Shown: positions 1 through 13,197 of the stretch, in pieces
Layout of the letters: each line of letters begins with the position of its first letter
How positions within the stretch are numbered: the stretch's first letter is position 1
Assembly: GCA_003971905.1 (NCBI GenBank)
Contig: RSEE01000002.1
Location: 1,054,001 to 1,118,000, forward strand
Direction of reading: 5' to 3'
DNA length: 64,000 nucleotides
Source: Moniliella sp. 'wahieum'
Lineage: Eukaryota
Program-made: the position numbers and the translations under genes
Notes under the pieces: model-generated
Told to the model about the DNA's origin: nothing
Seen by the model: the letters and a program-made list of their open reading frames with translations, nothing else
Database searches by the model: none

Positions 1-1051
1 GGACGGCTGGCCATATGCCAAGAGTCAGTCACGTGGCTGCTCGCCACATGCGGCACACGTTACCGTCACACGTCATGAATGCCTAGGGACATGGTGGCTG
101 GCTACTAGGCTACTGCCGGTAGCTCGGCACGCCTCAGTCTGAGTACCCAATCACTCTACTCAGTATAGGCGCTAGGTTCTCGGTAGATACCGTGCTGAAC
201 CGATGAACCTCTGAGGTGGAAAGGGTATGTGCACCCAGACGAGGGCAGGAATGTGTTAGCCCTAAGGCCTAAGGCCTTAGACCAAATCCTCCACGTGCAT
301 GCTTGGCCACATCATGTGAATGTCATCTCTCGTCGCATGTCACACCCATGCGTGCGTGAGATAATATGCACATCACGTGCATCTCACTGCCGCAGGGATG
401 CAGATAAAAAAGGTCACCTGGAAATGTATGATGGCCACGGCATGCTGGCAGCTTGTCTCGTTCTATGGATACGAACAAGACTGCGCCAACACTTCAAAAG
501 CTTGGGGACACGACGACGGTCGATGCCGATGAATCAGGACGATCGGAGTCGATCGAGAGGCAATTGCACCAAGCATCAGATCGATGAGAGCATAACGAGA
601 GAATAGGGAGTTTAAAAGCGGGGGGAACTATGCACCTTCGCTCCTAAGTACCCTAAGTAGAGAGTATAAAATCAACAACCAAGACAGCGGAGCAGGGAGA
701 AGACAACTGTGCTCCCACGCCGTTGGAAGTGTGTTGGTAAGCTAAGTGTGTGTTGGTAAGCTGTTCGGCGCGAATAGCAAGCACCCTTTCCGTCCCTTTT
801 GTATAAAGAAAAGCCTCCCTTTGAATGGTTACGCTGGCAACCTCAAGCACAGACTATATGAAATCCGGCCGGTCTCTTGACCCTCCCCCCCCCCCCCCCT
901 CTCCCGGGTTGTGTATAGTCTCTCCTGTTGGTCATATTGGTTGTACCATGTGGCATGCATATACACAGGGATCACCAATTGCCCGTCACGCGGGCATGCG
1001 TGCTGGGAGCCTTGCCTCTGCGACGCTATTAGTATCGACACCTGCATCGAC

Positions 1052-2934
1052 TCAAAGTACAGTTGCGTATCCAAATGATGATGCATAGGACTGGCGTGAA
1101 CATGGCGCTTTAGAAGAACGATCGTCCCAACGTTCCTGTTGACGGGGCGCCACCTCCAGCACGGCCGAGTGGATGAGGTTGACTGCCTTGAGCGCATTCC
1201 GACGATGAATGGCCGTCGAGATGGAGATCTCGGAAGCACCTTGGGAAATGAGTTCAATGTTGATGTTGCCTTCGGCGAGCGTGGTGAACATCTTGCCTGC
1301 CACGCCGATCGCGCTGGGCATCTCCTTGCCGACCAGGGAGACGATGGCCATGTCCCGGATCACAGATACGTTCCCGATCGGGGACAGGTCGGCCTTGACA
1401 CGGTGCAGGTGGCGCGTCGAGCTGGAGATAGCCATTGAGACGTGCACCTCTGACGTGGCAATCAGGTCCACCACGACTCCGTACCGGTTCAACACTGAAA
1501 AGATCCGAGCAAAAAGTCGTGCGAGATGGTCTTGCGGTTGGAGTGGACGTTGAGCACGACAATATCGTCCTTGATCGTCACTGCCGTCGGAAGTTTGCGC
1601 TTGTTGGCGGGTTGGGGCAGCGGGGTAAAGCCGTGGGTGGGAGTCGCGGCGCCACTGGCCAAGGGCGTAGCAGGCTGCGTCACGTGGCCATCTACGCCAT
1701 GGTCCTTTGCGGCCGACGGCACAATCACCGTCCCTTGTCCCTTTGGGTTTTCAACGTTCTTGATGCGGATCGGGATGGCCTCGCGGATGGCCTGCTCCAT
1801 GGTGAAGGGATGGATGACTCCGAGCCATAGTAGGTCAACTCGGCCGCGCTTCTTCAGGAGAGATGGCTGGGATCAGACGAGCAGAGGGCACCTTTCTTGG
1901 GTCCGCCGTGAAGACGCCATCCACCTCCTTCCAGATCTGCAGTTCCCCGCTCGCACCCCCAGCGCACAAGGCGGCACAAAGGTCCGTATACCCTGCCGAC
2001 TTGGGCCAGAATGGAGCCAGGTACATTGCCAAAGTAGCCTGTCACGACCGGCACATGATCCTTTGGTACCTCTCGCAAAATTTCGCCCAAGCGCGCCGCG
2101 AGGCGCGAGTAGAACGTGTGGTCCAAAAACACTTCCCCGCCCGCCGCCTCATCTTGGCCGCCAAACCTGAATCCTCCATAAAGTGATGATCAATCACGTT
2201 CTCCAGCGTGATCAGCGTCGAAGGCACCCGCTGTCTTGCAACGCATAAAACGATACGACAGGACAAACGCTCGCCTAGGCCCATGATCACGTCCTTGGTC
2301 CGGGGTGAAATCTCTCAATGATCTACCAAGCTGGTCAGTGTCTGTCGCCCCATCGAACCGAGCAAAGGGAATCCGAGAAAGGAAAAACGCACCCGGGCTG
2401 CCAGCAAAAAGTCTCGCAAATGCGAGCAATCCTCAGTAAGCTCCTGCTCGAGTGAGCGAGCAGCGCTGGGTCTTTTACGTTGGCCCTGGCGGATTCAAGG
2501 TGGTCCTCGAGAATCTGGTCGACGGTGGCCTGGTAAGGTACGGCGGGCGCAGACGACGAGTCTCCCCGACGGAGAGAAGAAGGCGATGAGGTAGCAAGGT
2601 GGGCCAGGCGCTTCTCCAGCCCGCGTACCGAGGACCGTGGAGCAGGTGTAGAGGGCACAGATCCGAGCGAGGCAAACGAAGCGGATAGCGAGGGGGGGTC
2701 GGCGTCTTCTTCTTCCAGCGCTTGGCGAGCAGCTTGGAGAAGCAGATTGGTCGTACCCAGCGCCTTGGTTTTACCCGAGCGGGCCGAGCAGACTACAGCC
2801 ACACGGTGCGAGGCGCGGTAGGAAGGCACAATCTCGCTCACGATCGTAGAGAGGAACTTGCCAACACTCGTTCCTCCGTACTTCTGCACAATCCAGGATG
2901 GCGGCGCGGTGGCGGAAAGGGGTGAAGAGGGCAT
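1052..2934 (-). CDS. HOM3: Aspartate kinase (amino-acid kinase domain plus C-terminal ACT domains)
   Basis: Motifs VQKYGGTSVG, VAVVCSARS, GLGERLS, VPVVTGYFG, GYTDLCAALCA, IWKEVDGVFTADPRKVP, MEQAIR..IPIRIKNVENP and ACT-like AIVSLVG..GVAGKMFTTLA..NINIELISQGASEI occur in order across several frames. Intron about 2323-2392 (GTGCGT..CTGAC..TAG). Several small frameshifts; the 3' end is approximate. Confidence 0.93.
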
Positions 2935-3309
2935 GATGGTGGTGGACGCAAGTTGGAAAAGACAAAGGAATGTCAGTCCGAGAGCTGAGATGGCTGACAA
3001 GGCAGTTGGTACTCACAACCACGTCGAGTCCGCGTCGGAGAAGTATTTAGTCCGTGTCGCGGCCCCGGAAAAAAGTCTTGCGATTCAGCGCGTTAACCCT
3101 AACACGTCAAACTGCATATATACCCGACCGCCGAGTGCGGCCCGGTGATACTGCTGCACTGATGCGATTGAGGAACACATCGGGAACAGCCCAATCCCCC
3201 GGTAGCTCCCAACCGTGGTGTCAGTTCCAATCCCATTCTATCCACTACTTGGCCTACCACCCCTCCATCGCGACCTGGCCACCACCACACGGGTATTATG
3301 TATTACGTT

Positions 3310-6029
3310 TCATACGAGGTATAGGCACGAGCATCCTGCCAGAGCAGAGCTAGGGTGCAAGACGATCAAGCAAGAAGGCAAGGCTAGCGAGGGCGAAGCG
3401 CAAGGAGCAAAGGCAATCCGGAACACCGAGCGGCGAAAGCCCACATCCGTCGGTGAAGGCTGGACAGAACCCCAGTCGGTCTCCCCGTCCGGGTGAGATA
3501 CAAAATCATCTAACCAATCCTCCTCCTTCTCTTCCACTGCCTCTGCCGTCCTCGCCTGTTCCGGCCCCTCCTTTTGGTCCGGAGTGGTCAGGTTCCTTTG
3601 GGGGATCCGGGGAAGTGCCAGCTTCCCTGCTGGATCCGGGTAGTGTCAAGTGGTGCCAAATCCGGGACAAGTCTTCCTCTGGCAGCCACAGGCTCTTGAA
3701 GAGCAGAGAGTGGAGCTGGATGCACGACTGGTTCCGGGTCCAAGAACCATCGCTCGTGTCCAGTTGGCAGCGAGGGTAGGAGGTGGACTTGACGCTGTAG
3801 TTCTCCAAGGCCTGATTGAATAACGAAGACTTTAGCGATCGCAAAGAAAGCGATGAATGCCGCTAGGAAGAATGCACCTTTCCACCCCACCCTGTGCTTG
3901 GGAGTAGGCACGACCAGGAGGGTCGCGGGGGGAAGAGAATGGATTTCGATCCACCAGGCACAGGGAGCGTGACCACCTCCTTAGTTGCAGCGTAAAGTTC
4001 CCTTGAAACGACAGGGTGAGCGTCTCAACCCCCGAGAATATTACGGGGAGCGGAATGATGGGTTGGGGGGGAACGTCCACTCCAATCCCGAGGCAGGATA
4101 AACGAGTTCCCCAGACTGGGGACAAGAAAGGGGTTGATGGGTGAGGGTGCGAACTGTCCAACCAGGGGAGGCAATATAAGTTTCACTCCGCTACCAGAGG
4201 GGAGGATAAGGCGGCACAAAAAGGTCCCCGAAAGACCTTGCAATAGCTCGATCCTGCCCGTCGGAGCCATGATTCCGTTGCAAGGGTGGGGGCTCAGGAT
4301 TGAGGGTTGGAGAGGTTGGGGTTGGGGTTGGGGTTGGGTTGGGGTTGGGGTTCAGGTTCAGGTTCAGGCTTGGCAGTGGGTGCGAGAGAGGTGGCGTGAG
4401 AGATCAGCATCCATCCCGTCGTCCACTGGTGCAGAGACGTCCATGCCCCCCTGGGGTGGGGGCAAAGCAGGTACAACACTTGCCGGTTTCCCTTCTCTAG
4501 GAGGAAGCATAGAGTCCGGCGTGCCGTCCACACAAAAACGGGGGACCCGCGTTCCTTGGATTGATCAGGATCAGCCAACAAAGGCGGGGTGAAACGTAGG
4601 CTCAAGTCGGCTGAGGTGTGTGCTTGACGGACTCGCACCATAGGAGCCGTGAAAGAGACGTAGCTTTCCTTCCCTGCATGGGAGGAGGACGCATGGTGGG
4701 GAACAAGGCTCAAAACACCTCGTAATACCAGAGTGGCAGTCGTATGAGGGGCAAAGACCGATGTGAGTCGAGTCGGACATCGCACCCGTCGTCACCCTCG
4801 CCTGGGGGCGGGACCCACGGGGCGGAGAGAGGAGGGATCCGTCCATTGCGTCCAGATTGGCCGGGGGAGGGACGTGGAGCAGATCGCTCTCGTCCATGCT
4901 GGAGCTCGAGGGAAGTAGGGGGAGAAGGATGCGCCTGGGTATGGGACAATGGCTTCCCCTGCACTACGTGTATGCGTTCGGTCCCGTGGGTAAGACGGGG
5001 AGATGACGACGCCATCTTCGGCAAAGCGGACGACTCGTTCCGCTTCATGGGCAAATAGGAAGTCCACACTGTACATAGTCCATCAATCAACACGGTCAAC
5101 ATACATCTCCACAACAGGAACAGCACGTACCTCACCACGCCACCCTCCGTATCCAGCAGATGCAAATCCCCCAGGGATGGTGCATTCAAAAGCAAAGTAA
5201 GTAGGGTAGGATACATCTCCTTCGGGGGTCAATTTCAACTTTGTCCGGGCCCAATCCACATCCATAGGGGGTGATTCCTCCGAGGCCGACCCCAGCGAAT
5301 AGTGATGGGGTCGTGGCCAGCTTGGAAGCCGCCAACAAAATAGGGTCCGTCCAGCTCATCTGCCCATATTCGCTACCACGGTACGTCGTTACATCGTCTC
5401 CCACGTCATGCGCACGACGTATGTTGCGCGACGTTTCGAGCCAGATCGACTCGAGGTCCATCGCTGGTCTGCCACGGGCTTGATGCGCATCTAGTACCGT
5501 GTCCGAAGCCGAGACGCGGATCCGGCTGTTGAGCGAGTACGGGCGAGGAATGTGGATGGCGTGCACATCGCGTGGAGGAGTACGAATGTAGGGAGCCACA
5601 CCGTGGAGAATGACGAGGAATTCCTCCTTTGGCTGGGGGCCTCGGCATAGGGCGCCAAGGAGGTACATGCAAGAGGAGAGCAGTGTCCGTGCGCTCCACC
5701 TGCAGTGCCTCGCCCCGGACCGGTTCCGAAGCGAAGCGAATACGCAGCGCACTGGCCGCCCGGGTAACCATATTGCTGCTAGGGAAGACGCGATCGTCAT
5801 GCGCTACGGGCTCGATGGCTGCGTGGAGCTCGGTGGGACGCGTGGCGGCGGACAAGGCGAGCAGGCGGTGGGTGTGGCTGGGGCCGGGGTCGAGGGCGAT
5901 GCGCAGGTACAGAGCCACGTCGGCACAGGACGAATCAAAGTGAACGTGGATCGCAAGCTTGCTGCGCAGCCCCAGCTGCCGCTCGCCCTCGGCGGCTGGC
6001 ACCGCCAGTGCACGCTCACTCGCAGCCAT
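3310..6029 (-). CDS. Hypothetical protein, fragmented by frameshifts (possibly two genes); one predicted TM segment near the C-terminus
   Basis: Chain of overlapping minus-strand ORFs with protein-like composition, a GTACGT..TACAG intron near 5070-5130, a PE/PQ/PN repeat and a hydrophobic stretch GAFFLAAFIAFFAIAKVFVI. No family recognised with confidence. Confidence 0.4.
4313..4372. repeat. Degenerate hexamer microsatellite (GGGGTT/GGTTCA)n
   Basis: Directly visible; encodes PEPEPEPQPQPNPNPNPN on the minus strand. Confidence 0.85.
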
Positions 6030-6494
6030 GCAGGAAATGGGGGTGGTAGTACGAGGGAGTGATGTTGATGCGACCCCACACCGCGGCCGATCACGCGCGT
6101 CGCGGTTCCGCCAGCAACATTCCGCCCATCGCGCTAGCATGGACGCGTTCATGCGCAGCAGCTTACATACACAAACACGCAGCACATGGGCGCGCTCGGA
6201 CATCTATCCCAGCAACCCATGCGTGAGTATCAGGACTCGGTCAGGCGCAAGAATAGGCGGATTGCTTTCCCTCCCCTATAGCAGGAGAGCCAGCAAAAAA
6301 TGGCACCCGAGGGGCGAGCGACAACGAAGGATGGGATAACAAAAATGGATGCAAAGCGGGTAATCAGAGAGAAGAGTGGGGGGGCAAGCGTCTCGCACCA
6401 GGCGAGAAGGAGTGGATGAGGCCAAAAGACACGAACAACACGATAGGGGAGGGACACAGACAATTGATAAGAGAAACGAACGGAAGAAAGTGGG

Positions 6495-9400
6495 TCAATG
6501 GATCGACGTGACGGTCGCATCGCCCTCTGTCTCCGAGCGCTCCGAGCGCTCCGACTTGACAGAGCGAAGAGAGCGCTCGGACCGCACACCTTCGCGCAGG
6601 GGGGGAGGGAGAGGATGCGGCCCAGCGAACCGGTAGGAGCGCTCGTCACGCGGGGAAGCAGAGTGTTGGGGGGGAGGCATCCCCACTCGCTCCCAATGTC
6701 GGGCACGTCGACAGCAGGGACAGGGGGCAGAGGATCGAACACATTGTGAAAACAAACTTGGCACGCGCGGGCCGGAAGAGTGCCTCCACCCATTTCAAGG
6801 GTGGGGATGAGAAAGCGAGCGCTGGAACAGGGTGAACACACAATCTGGCCACACAGGCGGCAGTGGTGTTTCCTTCGGAAAAGAGTGAAAGGTTCTTGGC
6901 AGCGAGAACAAAGGGTTGAGTGATTATCGGGAATCCAAATTGGAGCGTTGTATTCTTCAAGGATGGGAAGTGGTTGCCCCTCCACGTCTCCTACGATGGG
7001 AGAAGAAGGGATGGACATTTTGGGCTCGGCGAGCATGAATGTGGGCGCAGGAGACACCTGGCCCGAAGGGGGAGACATGAGTGAATGTCTCTGGCCCGCA
7101 GCGCCTCGATCGAGGAGACGGACGCGTGTTTTCGGTGCACGGTTACTTCCTCGCTTTGGTTGAGGGTCCGGCGGGCTCGGAGATAATCTTGCTTGGCGTC
7201 GCGGATGGCCGTGATCCAGCGCTCCTTGCTGGCTTCATCACCGGCATAAAGCACAAAGCTTCGGGTGGGAGTACGGATTTCGAATGCATGCCTCACCCCA
7301 ACAAGGTCACACTCGCTCGATGTCAATCCGTGGACGGAGTTGGATAGAGACCCCAACGAGGCCTTGGAGGAGAAGGAGCTCGAGAGCGATTCACGTCCTT
7401 GCCTCCGTGCGAGCGGGGCCATGGGGTCATTGTTGACGACCATAATGTCCCGCAGGTCAAACGCGGCACGAAAGACGAGGGAATGGGGGGTCAGCTCGAC
7501 TTCCCGTCGCTGTCCTCGGAGGCCAGGGATGAAAAGGGTGCACCATCCCTGGCACCTCATACGAGGAGGAAGCGGCAGGAGCCGCAGGAGCCGTCCAGAC
7601 CACCCCAAATTCGTCGGGGAATGCTTGCGTTCTGGCTCCGATGGGGGTGAGGGAAGCAAATATTGGGCCAACCGTGACCAGGCAGGATTCTTCTTTGGAG
7701 TGTCGACGGTGCGGCATACAAAAGGCAATCGGAAAAGAGGAAGAATGTTCGTTCCTGAACCGACCGGCGGGTGGACTTTCCCAACTCCCGAACGAAGCAG
7801 GGTGCGGCCCGGGGTGACCAACTGAAATGGCGGCGTATGCAGCGCCCGTTGCACAGCGAGTAACACAAGTGACGCCTCATGCTGCGCACGCTCTCATTGA
7901 TCCCTGCTGCGACGGATTGGATGACCTGCTGAGCGCTTGGAGGTGAGAAAAGTCTGACAAGGTCTCCGGGGTCGATTTGACCAGTCCCTCGACCAGCAGC
8001 TTGTACCGTGGGATACGCTGCACAATGGATAAAAGGAAGGATTGCAAGCCGAGTCCTAGGATGGAAGACGCGGGTTTGGAGGCGGGCGTGTGTTGCACTT
8101 GATGGGCATGGGCAAGCTTCTCGGCGTCACGAAGGAAAGTAGCAAACGCGGAAGAAACACGGCGTCATGCTCAATCCTTTCGAGTGCGGCAGAGAAATTT
8201 TTGACATAGAAGATACAGCTTGAGGTAAGGGCAATAGACACGAGAATATCCCCCACCTCATCGTGCGCCGGATCCCACGGTGGCTTTCCCTGTGGACTGA
8301 GCCGCTGTTCAAGCAGAGCAAGGAGCTCGGAATTGAGATGCAAAATTTGAGAAAAGTTGGAGAACATCTCGTTCAGTGCAGGGCGGGAGAGAGCGGGAGG
8401 GTTGGGCCGTGAGCCTGTGCCCGATAGTTTGTCGCCCCTATGCTCCCGCGGGGCCAATAGGGGGAAGGCAAACTTGCCCGAATCGATGTTAGCATACTGA
8501 GGGAATTGTGGCTTCCATGCCCGCCTCGGCGCCAGGCCGCGTCGTACAAGGGCTTGTAAAAGAACTATATCAAGGGTGTCAGTCATCTTGTATTTTAACG
8601 GGAGGAAACGACGTACTTCCTGGATCAAGTTGAGTCCGTCAACGTAGCGTCTCTCACTCTCGAGCAGCTCGAGGGCGACATTGTATCGTTGTTGCATGAG
8701 TTTATCCTCGCTCTTTGTCAATCGCCTGCGACGGTGCCGGGGTGTCTTCTCCGGCGGGGAGGAAGCAAGGGAAGAGATCCGCTGTGGAGTGGCGGGAGCT
8801 CCTGGTGTGAGTCGCGGTTGAGGGTGGGTGATGAACAAAGTTGAGAGGAGGACCAATCCGACTGGCCGGCACCAGACTCGATGCTGGTAGCCGATAAGAT
8901 GGAGTGCCTATTCTCCTTTCCTCCTGAAGCAGGCGGGACTGGACTTGGAGGGAGGGGCGAGGCAAACGGAGAAGAAGCAAGAAGTGATCCTGCGCTGGAG
9001 CGAGTTGCCGACGTGGCCGTGCTGATGCTGACCCTGGCCGATGGCAGACGCGAATCGGCAGAGTCAGACTTGAGCATGCTCACACCCTCCATCTCCGAGA
9101 TGAAACGAGTTGGCGCATCGATGTAAACCGTGGCCCGCTTGGACGAGGACCGTGGCTGGCAGGGATGGAGTGGCCGTCGGGCCGAGACGGAGTTGGGTGC
9201 AGAGGGGGGTGCGATAGACCAGTTCCGTCCCATGGCCATAGCGGAAGTAAGGGACGGAGTGGGGGTGGATGGGCTCAGAGACTGGGGCGATGGCGTGGCA
9301 AAGGAGAGTGAGGAGATGCTGGCGGCATACCCGCAGCTGTGGGAATGGCGGTGCATCTTCCGAGGGCTGCCACTGCGGGATGGCGAGGGCGACGATGGGT

Positions 9401-9817
9401 CATCTGCCGATAGGCCAACGAGAGAGAGGGACTGGGCCAGGGCTGGGTCGACAAGCCCAATAAGGCTTGTCCGGTGGGAGCGGAGAGCAGTGAAGAGCTG
9501 GCGGACGCATGGCGGGAGCGCAGCTGTGGACGCGGTAGGGGGGACGGGATGGGTGCTTGGGGGACGATGATCGGGGGCGGGGGCATGGGGTGCGCATGGG
9601 AGGGCGAAGGGGAGGGGGAGGAGGAGGGGGAGGGGCGAGGAGTGGAGCTCAGGAGGGGCGGGGAGAGAGCCGGGGAAGCGGAAGACGCGCATCGCTTCGG
9701 GGCTAGGGCGAGAGCGTTGCCGTTGCGGGTGGGGCGGCCGCTGGGGATGGTAGGCGGGCTGGCGGGCATGGCGGGCGGAGGAGAGGGGGCGGGGGGTATT
9801 GGCGAGGGAGGCGGCAT
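6495..9817 (-). CDS. DH(RhoGEF)-PH-FYVE protein (FGD/Don1-like Cdc42 GEF)
   Basis: DH: RYNVALELLESERRYVDGL, MFSNFSQILHLNSELL, LQSFLLSIVQRIPRYKLLV. PH: HAFEIRTPTRSFVLYA..KERWITAI. FYVE: WIPD..CSRC..F..RRKHHCRLCG..VC..CS..RACQVC. Pro/Ser-rich N-terminus. Intron 8565-8616. Frameshifted. Confidence 0.88.
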
Positions 9818-11037
9818 GGCGGCGGGCGGCGAGATGGAGAGGACGTCATGGCGAGTGTGGTGGGTGCAGCATAGGCGACGGATGCGGACAGCCAGCGATG
9901 GTCGCTGGGAGCCAGCCGGGCTGGGCCTGGCCAGAGCTGGGCAGCGAGTGTTGCTTGCGGCTGGCCTGCGGCCTCGTGCCCGATCACGCGCGGGATCAGC
10001 GGCAGGCGCCCGCGCCCGCCAGACAGGCGCCGTGCCAGGCTGGGCGTCGGCTGCATCCACACAGACGCGGGGCCGCCGGGATTTACCGCACGGGGGCAGT
10101 GTGGGATGAGCGCGGCAGTAGAAGCTGCCTGCACCGGCCTGCGCTGGACATTGGATGGGACTGGCCAGCATCCATTGTGGATGCGTCACCGCTGCGCAAG
10201 CGCCATGTCACCCCACCGTCACATGTGATGCCACCGGCTGCGCAGCGACGCTGCGGAATCTTGCTCCCAATCCAACACGTCCAACACGCAGCATAGGCAC
10301 GCGCTCTGGATCGCGTCACGTGCCATGCAGTAGGTGACGAGCTGCTGAGCCATCTTTGTCTATCCAACCGACAGCCACCGCGGTACTGTGCCACTGTTGG
10401 GAGTTTCTCCAAAAGCCACAAACTTAACCATTACGCATTACCACATTTGCCCCCTCCATCACTCGGGCACTGGGAAGCGAGCAGCAATGTGGGAGAATAT
10501 ACCTCCTCGGCATGTGGGGCGCACACACCAACAAGAATGCTAGTATGATCGTTTAACCCCCCCTCTCCCCTCCTCCCGCCGGACAGGTATTTATGTCATG
10601 ATGATGGCACTCCTATAGCTGCGGCAGCTGAGAAGTCATTAATCATTGCAGCCCATGATGCATGATGGCTTTTCGCAAAAGAGAGAAACAAGGCGAACAC
10701 AGGTAGCAATAAACATCCCTCGTTATAGTACTAGACCCACGTACAAAGCGAACCGCCAATGTCTCATGGTTACGGCGATCGAAGCCTATGGAAGACATAT
10801 ATACGTAGGCAGAGGAGGAGGAAGAGCAAGAGACGGTGGGGCAGAACGAGATATGCACCCCCTGCGTGGAGACGAAGAGTCTTCTGCATACAAAGATAGC
10901 TTTCTGTTGTGTATCTACATGTATCTGCAGCGGCGTTTCTATCAGCCGCGGTTACGTGCGTGAAGGGGAGATATGGTTGGGGTAGGGAAGGCGGGGGAGT
11001 GGGGTATGAACAGCGAGGTATGATGCACTCTGTCTCT

Positions 11038-12486
11038 CTACTTCTTGAGCGCGTTCTTGATTGTCGTCTCCATCTCCTCGATCGAGGTGGTGGGCACACG
11101 GACGATGTTCACGCCCAGGGTTTCCTCGATCTGGCGCAGGTGGAACCAGGATTGATGGTCGTAGACAAAGTTGATGCACACACCCGTGCGGCCAAAGCGA
11201 CCGGTCCGACCGATCCGGTGCAGGTACGTCTCCACGTCCGCCTGCTTTTTGTCGGGGGTGGTGGAAATGTCCCAGCTGAGCACGAGGTTGACCTGCGGAC
11301 AATCAATCCCGCGCGCCAGCACGTTGGTGGCAATCAACACCTTGATCTCCCCCTTGCGGAACCGGTCAATGGTCTCGTCGCGCGAGCGTGTGTCGAGTTT
11401 GCCATGCAGCGAGTCGACCTTGTGGCCCTCGGCCGTCATCCGCTTGGTCACTTGGTCCGCCACCTCCCGCTTCGAACAAAAGATGATGGATTGGCCAATG
11501 GTCAGGAGATTGTACAAGTCAATCAGCACGTCGTACCGCGCCTCAGCCCCATTGCAGTCCATGAAAAACTGCTTGATGCCCTCGACATTGAGCTCTTCCT
11601 GCCTGAGACGAATCTCGTTGGCGCCCGGCGCAATCTTGGACGCAAACTCACGCACTGTGCACTATTAGTCACTTTTTTGTCTCGGGTAATGGGCAAGGGA
11701 GGGCGGGGGGGACGTACCATGGTCAGGGAAAGTGGCAGAAAAAAGGACGAGCTGGCAGGATTTTGGCATGGCATTCTTCACCCGTACGCTCTGGTCGCCT
11801 AGGCCCTGTGCATCCAACATCTTATCCGCCTCGTCTAGAACAAAGACCCGGATCTTATCAGTAGCAATCACTTTGCTGCGAATCAAGTCGAGGACCTTGC
11901 CGGGAGTGCCAATGATCAGCTGTGCATCCGTCGCACCATCCGACCGCTTCGTCCCCGGCGCATCGGGGACTGCAAGCAACGTCTTGACTGGCGTAAACTT
12001 GCCCATCTGCTTGGCTGCCTCCATCGTTTGCCGCACCAGCTCGCGCGAGGGGGCAAGCGCAATGGCCTGGGGCGCGTTGACGGAATAATCAATACGAGAC
12101 AGCATGGTCAACACAAACGCCGCCGTCTTGCCCGTTCCGGATTGGGACTGGCCAATCATGTTGCGGGGCGGGTTCTGCAACAGCAAGGGAAGCGCCCGCT
12201 CCTGGATCTTGGACGGACGGGTAAAGTTCATGGAATAGATGCCTTTCAGCAGCTCGGCAGACAAGCCCAGTTCGTCAAAGCTCTTGACACTGTACAGAGG
12301 GGAGTTTTTGATCGCTGCTTCGCTCTGGTCGGCCAGGGTCAGCTGCACGCTGCCCTCCGTGTCGTACAGCTTTTTGGTCGGGTCCAGCGTGGCCGTGGCA
12401 GCTACGCTGGGGGAAGCTGTTGACAGCTCTTGGATACGGTTGGACAAGTCGGCCAGAGGAGTGGGCTCGGCACTTGAAGTGACCAT
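11038..12486 (-). CDS. DBP5: DEAD-box RNA helicase Dbp5/DDX19 (mRNA export)
   Basis: PSKIQERALPLLL, QSQSGTGKT, APSREL, GTPG, VLDEAD, FSAT, TNVLARGID, YLHRIGRTGRFGR. Removing the 63-nt intron 11655-11717 joins PDH|VREF. Reading frame is intact. Confidence 0.97.
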
Positions 12487-13197
12487 GGTCGAATGGGAAA
12501 GGGATGGGGTGGTGGGTCAAAGATCCAAGCGCCAGGGGCTTCCACACTGCGCGCTGGCCTATTTAAAGTCAAGTGGCGCCTGAGCGGCCCCGCGGCCCTC
12601 GATGGACGGCCAGGCATGGCGCCTGTGTGGGCGCAGCAACCTTTTTCGCCCGCGCCTTTTCGAGGGGCCCTCCCAATAGGTGCGATCCATTTTGGCTTGG
12701 TTTGGCCACCACCAGCATAACCACCTCCACAACCACCGCGTTTTCACACTTTTCACCCCCACCCGACACACCTGCTTAGGCGAGAGAGTTAGATTCAAGA
12801 GCCCGCTCATCGTGCTTATCGAGCAAAAAGGCCTGCACACGGGCCACAACACAACACAATCGACGCAGATGATAGACTCTCATCACAGGCCTCTCAAACC
12901 AGCGCCACGCAACAAACGAGAACAGCTGTTGGCACCATTACATGATGTACACGCATGTGGCTATCACCAGGACGAGGAAGGCAGCGTTTTCTATACAAAA
13001 ACGTGTATTAAAGCAGCAGTGAAGAAGGTAGTGGAACAGGTGTGTTGGTGAGCACCAGATGGTGTATACAGTAGAGACGAGAAAATGTGTTGCTCGTAGG
13101 GTTATGGCACCTGGTTGTACAAAACGCTTCTGGGGGATCATGAAGGACAGAACGCGAAGAAGGGATGGAAGGCAGAGGTGCGGCTTGGATCCGTGTG

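Noticed and set aside
4313..4350. GGGTT-rich run resembling a telomeric repeat
   Set aside because: It is not TTAGGG and reads as a PQ/PN coding repeat inside a minus-strand ORF.
9540..9820. G-run cluster (G-quadruplex candidate)
   Set aside because: Explained by proline codons of the RhoGEF N-terminus on the opposite strand.
10598..10631. ATGATGA..CTGA box C/D snoRNA-like pair (also ATGATGA near 46944 and 51998)
   Set aside because: The spacing is too short or no D box follows; no terminal stem or guide sequence recognised.
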